Positions 48,932 to 54,225 of a stretch of DNA of 64,000 bases are shown here, one piece after another (the first letter of the stretch is position 1; the number at the start of each line of letters is the position of its first letter). A model generated the notes under the pieces. That model saw only the letters and a program-made list of their open reading frames with translations, had not been told where the DNA came from and searched no databases. The stretch is from a virus (lineage: Duplodnaviria; Caudoviricetes), in IMG/VR virus record IMGVR_UViG_3300031993_000041, positions 1 through 64,000 of that record, one strand, 5' to 3'. The position numbers and the translations under genes were made by a program.

Positions 48932-49210
48932 TTACTTGATTTCATCAATATAAACTATGCAATCAAATACATCGTCAGGCATATCGTTAACAAGATTGTC
49001 AACTACCACACGGTATCCTTTCATATACATAATATCGCAGAAATCAGAAAGACTTCTGAAATAATACTTCCATTCGCCATGGCCATTGATACCTCCTGTT
49101 AGATGAACCTTCAGAGAACCGTTTTCAGCATTCGTTTCAGAAATGCTTAATTTCGAGCCAGCCTGTATACAGGCTACTTCGATGTCACAATGTAATTTTT
49201 GTAAATCCAT
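48932..49210 (-). CDS. Hypothetical 92-aa protein embedded in the RNA island
   Basis: Protein-like composition, AT-rich leader, ATG start. Confidence 0.6.
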   Translation of the reverse strand: MDLQKLHCDIEVACIQAGSKLSISETNAENGSLKVHLTGGINGHGEWKYYFRSLSDFCDIMYMKGYRVVVDNLVNDMPDDVFDCIVYIDEIK

Positions 49211-49352
49211 ATTAAAAAGTTTTAGTTAGCTTGAAAAATGAGCAGCAATCATCATAAACGACGTGCAAAAAGTTCAATCTGCTCCAGCGGCGACCTACAA
49301 ACCAGATGCCTGAGAATATAGCCATCGCTGCTGTTACTTTTCTTTTTGACAA

Positions 49353-49425
49353 GTTGACTTCCTGGATTCGAACCAAGATAGCAGCCGTTTTAATAGCACT
49401 GTCTTAACCGTTAGACGAAAGTCAA
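49353..49425 (-). tRNA. tRNA-like gene with non-pairing anticodon stem (pseudo or undetermined)
   Basis: TTGACTT/AAGTCAA, GTCT/AGAC D-stem and CTTGG-TTCGAAT-CCAGG intact; anticodon arm GTGCT-ATTAAAA-CGGCT does not pair canonically. Confidence 0.75.
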
Positions 49426-49516
49426 AAAACCAAAGAGCTACCTGCAAATAACCTTTGGAAAACCACTAATGACATCAGTGAGCTTGCAGACTTTGATGGC
49501 ATTTACCAAGTTTTTG

Positions 49517-49588
49517 TACCTCAGCCGGGAATTGGACCCGAATTACATGGTTGAAAACCATGTGTCCTAACCATTAGACGACAGAGGC
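49517..49588 (-). tRNA. tRNA-Glu(TTC)
   Basis: CATGG-TTTTCAA-CCATG; T-loop TCCAATT (C55 variant). Confidence 0.88.
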
Positions 49589-49740
49589 AGAAAAAGTTCT
49601 TTAACTCATTTGCACATTTAACGGCTACTTTTAAGAACTTCCGGCCTGAAAGTAAGCTTTCAGGTCTCTTATAAGAAATTTTGCCTTACTCCAGTCACCA
49701 CTTCCGGCCCGGGTGAAGGCCCCTGGAGAGTGTTTCGTTG

Positions 49741-49813
49741 TGGACACGGGGTGACTCGAACACCATCTTCCTGAGTGCAAATCAAGCGCATTAGCCAATT
49801 ATGCTACCGGCCC
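49741..49813 (-). tRNA. tRNA-Ala(TGC)
   Basis: CTTGA-TTTGCAC-TCAGG, G3:U70, A73; two acceptor mismatches. Confidence 0.85.
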
Positions 49814-49825
49814 AAATTAAATTTA

Positions 49826-49937
49826 CTGCGTCAGCGGGATTCGTACCAAACATTGTGTGACTGCTCTTCCGGATTATTCTCGCACTCCCACGTCCGGCAA
49901 ATTGTGGGTTGTAGGTCAGCCATTCCCACATAACGCA
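49826..49937 (-). ncRNA. Oversized tRNA-like RNA E1 (112 nt)
   Basis: TGCGTTA/TGACGCA acceptor, TGTGGG/CCCACA D-position arm, CCGGA/TCCGG extended arm, weak T-arm with TACGAAT loop. Confidence 0.45.
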
Positions 49938-49942
49938 ATATT

Positions 49943-50133
49943 AGAAAAGAGTTTTTCGACCTCACTCTGCAGAGCCTGCACAGCTGCTACCCTGTTTCAA
50001 CGGGGATTTTCAGCGGAATCCCTCACACTGGCGGCTTACAATCTATCATGCCGACGATTTATGCTGTCTGTTTTAATTCTGACAGCCAGAAGAATTCCCT
50101 TATGCGCAGGGATTTAGATGAGTTACCTTTTCT
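49943..50133 (-). ncRNA. Unclassified multibranch structured RNA (~190 nt)
   Basis: Closing AGAAAAG/CTTTTCT; CCCT/AGGG, CTGG/CCAG enclosing CTGTC/GACAG and CGGC/GCCG, GGGATT/AATCCC. Confidence 0.45.
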
Positions 50134-50167
50134 TTTGTAGGAGGAACCACCAAGAAATAAACCTACC

Positions 50168-50283
50168 TGGGTGATGCTTGAAGGAATCGAACCTTTGTAT
50201 TGGATGAACTTTAATCATTACAGAGGGTATTACCCTTAGACCATAGAAGTTCATCCAGCTTGCCCACTTTGCAAAAAGCATCA
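50168..50283 (-). ncRNA. Oversized tRNA-like RNA E2 (116 nt) with long anticodon-position arm and possible encoded CCA
   Basis: TGATGCT/AGCATCA-C-CCA, TTGC/GCAA D-stem, perfect 11-bp TGGATGAACTT/AAGTTCATCCA, AAGG-TTCGATT-CCTT. Confidence 0.75.
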
Positions 50284-50287
50284 AAAA

Positions 50288-50414
50288 ATCACCGTGCTAT
50301 CCTTACACTTTATGCCGCTATCTTTTACTGCTCTATAGCAGTCGTGCTTTACTCATATTACGTAACTATGAACACAGTTTCACGACCATTGCAGACTCGA
50401 ACTGCACTTGTGAC
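50288..50414 (-). ncRNA. T-arm-first (permuted, Y-RNA-like) tRNA mimic candidate
   Basis: GTCAC - TGCAG-TTCGAGT-CTGCA - GGTCGTG/CACGACT closed helix - GCTAT/ATAGC - GTGAT. Confidence 0.35.
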
Positions 50415-50424
50415 TTTATTTTTG

Positions 50425-50768
50425 TGGAGGTGCGGAGATTCGAACTCCGGTCCTGCAAACCGTCAATACAAGATATTATTTACATGTTTAGGATAACAGA
50501 TTAAGGTTCTGTTCCAAAACCTCTGCTCTCGCAGCTCCACCACCTGATTTAATCTAACCAGGAAATCTTAAAGGCTATTAAGCAGCCATTCTCATTGCTA
50601 CTGGAGCGATGCGGATGTCTGCTACTCTGTTTGCGAAGTCTACAACCTTGTTGCTTACTTTGCTGAAAGTATTTTTTACCTTTATTTTCTGACCGTTGTT
50701 TTAGGTGAACCGTTCAATCACCACATGTACCTCATACCACTAATCTACAGTCAAAACCATACACCCCC
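50425..50768 (-). ncRNA. ssrA: tmRNA
   Basis: 5' GGGGGTGTATGGTTTTGAC; 3' GGAC-CGGAG-TTCGAAT-CTCCG-CACCTCC-A with G3:U70; tag frame ending MRMAA-TAA-TAG. Confidence 0.95.
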
Positions 50769-50869
50769 AAAAAAGTTTGTGAAGCCCTACCACATAGCCA
50801 ATTTAATAATGAGAATCGAACTCATGTTTCCCCATAGTTCCAAAATCCATAGAGAAATATGGAAATTGT

Positions 50870-51190
50870 TTATAATTTAATAATTATCGGGTGAACTACA
50901 ACACCCTCTATCCCATTGTTGAAAACCTTTGGGAATGCTTTTCTCATGATGTTATAACTTCCGTTCACGTCGGCGTTTATCTTGTTCCCATTTTCTGAAA
51001 CAAACAAGCCACGACGAACACGCTTGCCTTTATAAACATCATGCTTTTTAATTTCTTCCAAATCAAGGAAACTGCACTTGGATGTGTAGCTTTCCTCGTT
51101 TGTAATTACTTTTATCCCCACTTTTTCGCATTTGTATGAAATCATATCAACAAATCTACTGTGGGGTCTAAAGCTCACAAACTTATTCTT
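50870..51190 (-). pseudogene. tnpB: 5'-truncated IS200/IS605-family TnpB remnant
   Basis: PHSRFVDMISYKCEKVGI.V...EESYTSKCS.LD...GKRV.RGLF...INADVNGSYNI...GIEGVVVHP; homology stops near 51190 and no REC/WED or RuvC-I part is present. Confidence 0.88.
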
Positions 51191-51501
51191 AAAATTAAAA
51201 ATCCTATACAGCCCTCGACAGTATTCGCCCTGTTGTAGCCACCCTTTGGTCTCAATACTCTTAGTATCACGCGAGTAGGTCGAGCGTAAAAGACACATCC
51301 TCACAGATTATTATTTTCAACCCTTCATCCTCGAATGCTTTGAAGGAAAAACCTGCTCCACCTCGGATTTTTATAACATTTATCTCGTTGTTGTTAGTTT
51401 ATGGACAAACTTTTCCATTTCCCTACAACATACTAAAAATTCCTTATGTCAAAGAACTTATTTATAGTATCCGCAAAAATAGCAGAGATTCTATACGTCT
51501 T

Positions 51502-51560
51502 AAAAAATGGACCTTTAATGTCCGTCTCGCGACAGGTGAACTCGGTCCAAGATGTTCTTT
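51502..51560 (-). ncRNA. Small structured RNA motif, copy B (copy A at 47407-47463)
   Basis: AAAGAACA-TGGACC-GAGTTCA-CC(T)GTC-GCGA-GACGG-ACATTAAA-GGTCCA-TTTTTT. Confidence 0.65.
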
Positions 51561-51639
51561 GGAAACAAAACCACAAAGTACATAATTATGAAATCGTACC
51601 ACACTATGTTACCATAGCCAGCAAAACGCGATAAAAGAA

Positions 51640-52170
51640 TTACACTTGTATCATCCGCTAAAAGCAGACTTAGGTCCAGCCTATCGTGATTTATATGTCT
51701 GTTGTGGTCTGGAGCACACCATCACCATATCGAAATTCTTGCAAGTGAACATAATAAAACTTATTGTATCGTAGTTTAATGTGGGTCACGCGACCACTCC
51801 AAGCTCATTTTACTATGTTAATTTCAACTTAGGCAATCTGCAAGGGCTCGCCTTACAGACGTTCTGCTATTCAATATATTCGCAGAATGTCTTCCGTCTG
51901 CTCTCTACACCTTTATGAGCTACTTGACAAGTCAAGCTGGTATCTGTCATATTCCGATTTCGAGTGCTTCTCATGATATGCCTATTTTATACACACTCTT
52001 CTCCATTAGACTACTTGCTCAATTTAGCTCGGTGTTATCTGCGACTTATTTGTTTGTCTTTACAGCGATTTTTCATCTTTACAGGGCTTAGCACCTTGAC
52101 AGACTTCCACCGAATTTGGAAGATTCTACTCCGGCGTTTCCACCGGAGCACACAATAAATCTATTTCAAT
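51640..52170 (-). ncRNA. Large ornate ncRNA (~500 nt), ROOL/GOLLD-class candidate
   Basis: No credible ORF; closing GATTTAT/ATAAATC and TTGTG/CACAA; long-range TCTGTCA/TGACAGA, AGCTCAT/ATGAGCT and GGAG/CTCC; hairpins CTCCGGTG-GAAA-CGCCGGAG, CTTCCA/TGGAAG, CAGACG/CGTCTG, GGTC/GACC. Confidence 0.6.
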
Positions 52171-52185
52171 GTACTCTTCATTTTG

Positions 52186-52324
52186 AGCGTACTTGAGGAT
52201 TCGAACCTTCTGATACAAGTTAGTCGACGTCTCATGTATCATTGAATAGTTAAGCTGCCCACAACATATATCAGAAATTTCGAAGGTACTTCTGTAAATT
52301 TCATCAACCTATTCCAGCATACGC
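52186..52324 (-). ncRNA. Oversized tRNA-like RNA E3 (139 nt)
   Basis: GCGTAT/GTACGC, ~70-nt D-position domain closed by GAATAG/CTATTC, TGATACA/TGTATCA arm, GA(A)GG-TTCGAAT-CCTC. Confidence 0.7.
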
Positions 52325-52332
52325 ATAATATA

Positions 52333-52462
52333 GTGCCTACCCAGGGATTCGAACCACCGTTCCATTGCTTTTATGTACAATATTAAACAATAGAACCTTC
52401 AAAGCCTTCACGTAAATAAACTTAAGCGCGCCTCATTTTATTTGCGTGAGAAGGAGTAGACA
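52333..52462 (-). ncRNA. Oversized tRNA-like RNA E4 (130 nt)
   Basis: TGTCTACT/GGTAGGCA, D-position domain CCTTC/GAAGG + TCACG/CGTGA + AAATAAA/TTTATTT, TTCTATTG/CAATGGAA arm, CGG(T)GG-TTCGAAT-CCCTG. Confidence 0.75.
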
Positions 52463-52487
52463 TAATTTCAATGTACTCTTAATTTAG

Positions 52488-52661
52488 AAACATAATGAGG
52501 AGTCGAACCTCTACCTCCGTCTAATACATCTGGGAAGATTTGCAACTCTTCGCAGAATCCATAGACCTCAGTATCACCCTACCCGTATCTTAGCACTGCC
52601 TTCCTCGAATACCGCGAATCTCTTCAGGCGAGCCACACTTACATACGTCGTGAATTATGCC
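52488..52661 (-). ncRNA. Oversized tRNA-like RNA E5 (174 nt)
   Basis: GGCATAAT/ATTATGTT, D-position domain TCAC/GTGA + CGTAT/ATACG, arm TAC/GTA + GTCTA/TAGAC + TCTG/CAGA + GAAGA/TCTTC, GAGG-TTCGACT-CCTC. Confidence 0.72.
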
Positions 52662-52702
52662 GTGGGATAAATCATTACATCAGAGCCTTGCAAAACGTCT
52701 TA

Positions 52703-52900
52703 TTGTCAAAACGTATGGAGTCGAACCATATTCTTCCATGTCCTTTCATATCGTGGTCCTTCTATATTGGATGACGGTCCGTACTAAAAAGTTTTGCAAT
52801 CACTTTGTTTCCAGAAGCCGGAAGAAATTCGCGAATCTTCATTTCACGATACGGGATGTTCTGCCAGTTAAACTACAATTATCGTCAGACAACCCTGACA
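52703..52900 (-). ncRNA. Oversized tRNA-like RNA E6 (~198 nt)
   Basis: TGTCAG/TTGACA, canonical D-arm TA-GTTT-AACTGGC-AGAAC-A, >100-nt anticodon-position domain closed by TATCGTG/CACGATA, perfect TATGG-TTCGACT-CCATA. Confidence 0.7.
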
Positions 52901-52970
52901 TAATGATTATATTTCAATGTACTTAAAATCTTTAATTATCTGTCTCACGACAAATGTACTTTATTTTTCG

Positions 52971-52989
52971 TATATAAAAAACAACGTTT
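52971..52989 (-). promoter_or_regulatory. Recurrent promoter-like motif AAACGTTGTTT(T/A)TTATATA (representative copy; others at ~13959, 18779, 23050, 25515, 27089, 45680, 47499, 55957, 58249, 60706)
   Basis: 11 near-identical copies, all on the minus strand and just upstream of gene or RNA starts. Confidence 0.8.
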
Positions 52990-52998
52990 CTACAGAAA

Positions 52999-53391
52999 TT
53001 ATTTATTTTTTTCATTTTTTTCTTCCTGCAACGGTATTCCGCCGTTTATGGTGTCTGTACCTGTTGAAGTATATATGACTCCCCTTAGCGGACAATTTAA
53101 GCAATCCTTAAACGGATTCGTGCAGTCGGTCCAATCCTTACAGTTCTTTGGAAACGTTCTAATCGAAGGATAATCAATTAGAGGCGGTTTGTCGTCTACG
53201 ACTATTTTCCTAAACTCGGTTTTTGCTATTTCCGAATCTTCGAAATCCTTCGTGGTATATTCGATTCTGTCTCGGTCATCGCATTTCATAATAAATTCGA
53301 GGACGTCTTCAGGATTATTAAAGCAGTCAAGATATTCTTTCTTCTTGCTTTCATCCTTTTCAAAAACTCTGTAAACAATATAAATCTTCAT
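52999..53391 (-). CDS. Hypothetical protein with C-terminal Cys cluster
   Basis: CKDW.DC.NP.KDCLNCP. Confidence 0.65.
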   Translation of the reverse strand: MKIYIVYRVFEKDESKKKEYLDCFNNPEDVLEFIMKCDDRDRIEYTTKDFEDSEIAKTEFRKIVVDDKPPLIDYPSIRTFPKNCKDWTDCTNPFKDCLNCPLRGVIYTSTGTDTINGGIPLQEEKNEKNK

Positions 53392-53409
53392 AGCCTTTTA
53401 TTATTTAAT

Positions 53410-53610
53410 TTATTCAATAGAATTTCTGTTTATCTTATAACAATTGCTCACCGTGCATGCCTTGCCTGTATGAGCGCATTCCGTTACTGATGTTTTCTTG
53501 TCAATGCGACGAAGCCTCGACTCGTTACACCTGAAACGGTATGTCATGTAATCGGATGCGGTAAGAACCTGTTCTTCCTTCTCCTTATTCCATTTGCTTA
53601 TCTTTGTCAT
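53410..53610 (-). CDS. Hypothetical small protein
   Basis: 66 aa, Cys-containing, in series. Confidence 0.55.
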   Translation of the reverse strand: MTKISKWNKEKEEQVLTASDYMTYRFRCNESRLRRIDKKTSVTECAHTGKACTVSNCYKINRNSIE

Positions 53611-53631
53611 AGCACAAACTTATTTATTGTA

Positions 53632-53844
53632 TTATTTTTCAAATTCTTTTTGAATCATTTCAATTTTATCTTTTGCCCATGAGAGGCTTCCAACAGGCAA
53701 AACCTTACAAGGCAGTTTCTTTTTCCTATCCTCTTTCCCAAGCTTGTATGCCTGCCATAACAGATATGTCGATTTAGTTACCTTAATCTTTTTACCTATA
53801 TATCCCAATATATAGTACTGTCCTTGTATGCCTAAGATATTCAT
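53632..53844 (-). CDS. Hypothetical small protein
   Basis: 70 aa in series. Confidence 0.55.
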   Translation of the reverse strand: MNILGIQGQYYILGYIGKKIKVTKSTYLLWQAYKLGKEDRKKKLPCKVLPVGSLSWAKDKIEMIQKEFEK

Positions 53845-53850
53845 ATCTAC

Positions 53851-54225
53851 CTAATATTCGAAACAGTCAGTATATGCCATTGAAACGCTGGTGATGAAAT
53901 CTTCAAGCTCATTCGAATTCTTCACGGTATAGAAACTGTCTTTATCAAAAGTCATGTCATTGCCTTCGTCATCCATTATCCTGAAATTTTTGGACAGTTC
54001 TTCGAATTCCAGCAGCGTATCGCCGTAATTGAATTCGACTGTAATCGTATCGGTCTCATAATAGTATTTGTAATAAGACTTGACATCATACTCTTCCATA
54101 GGGACAGCCTCGAATAAGATGTATCCGTTCTCACGGTCTACTTTCTTTTCCTCGATGACGTCATCAAGAAAGATATGCTTGATTACAGAAACTCTTTCCT
54201 CAGTCGTTAATTCATTCAGCTTCAT
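53851..54225 (-). CDS. Hypothetical acidic protein
   Basis: 124 aa in series. Confidence 0.6.
   Translation of the reverse strand: MKLNELTTEERVSVIKHIFLDDVIEEKKVDRENGYILFEAVPMEEYDVKSYYKYYYETDTITVEFNYGDTLLEFEELSKNFRIMDDEGNDMTFDKDSFYTVKNSNELEDFITSVSMAYTDCFEY

Larger units (their letters stand above)
52163..52923 (-). repeat. Dispersed motif AGTACATTGAAAT immediately 5' of island RNAs (52163-75, 52465-77, 52911-23; partial copies at 47390, 48631, 52951)
   Basis: Three exact 13-nt copies, two extending to 16 nt (AAGAGTACATTGAAAT). Confidence 0.75.

Noticed and set aside
49637-49665. SRP (4.5S) RNA
   Set aside because: TCAGG-CCGGAAG is present but the GAAGCAGC strand and long helix are absent.
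50168-50283. Archaeal-type BHB intron in E2
   Set aside because: No bulge-helix-bulge motif; removing the insert does not give a U33-containing 7-nt loop.
50870-51304. Intact 144-aa TnpB as tracked
   Set aside because: The first ~40 codons are non-homologous read-in from a structured non-coding segment; the N-terminal domains and RuvC-I are missing.
52163-52923. CRISPR array suggested by repeats ending ATTGAAAT
   Set aside because: The repeats are only 13-16 nt, 300-450 nt apart, with no palindrome and no cas genes; the intervening sequences are structured RNAs, not spacers.
46938-52926. Tracked short ORFs at 46938-47174, 47026-47214, 47096-47422, 48770-49102, 49857-50117, 50260-50496, 51340-51585, 51446-51634, 51964-52158 and 52657-52926
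   Set aside because: They overlap or lie antisense to tRNAs and structured RNAs, and lack the genome's start context and protein-like composition.
46960-52950. RNase P RNA or group I intron in the RNA island
   Set aside because: No GAGGAAAGTCC / AACAGAA..CGGCTTA RNase P signature and no convincing P7 pair seen by eye.
53844-53853. Read-through fusion of 53851-54225 with 53632-53844 (TAG in frame with the next ATG)
   Set aside because: A one-in-three chance event; the downstream gene has its own ATG and other TAG-ended genes are not in frame with their neighbours.
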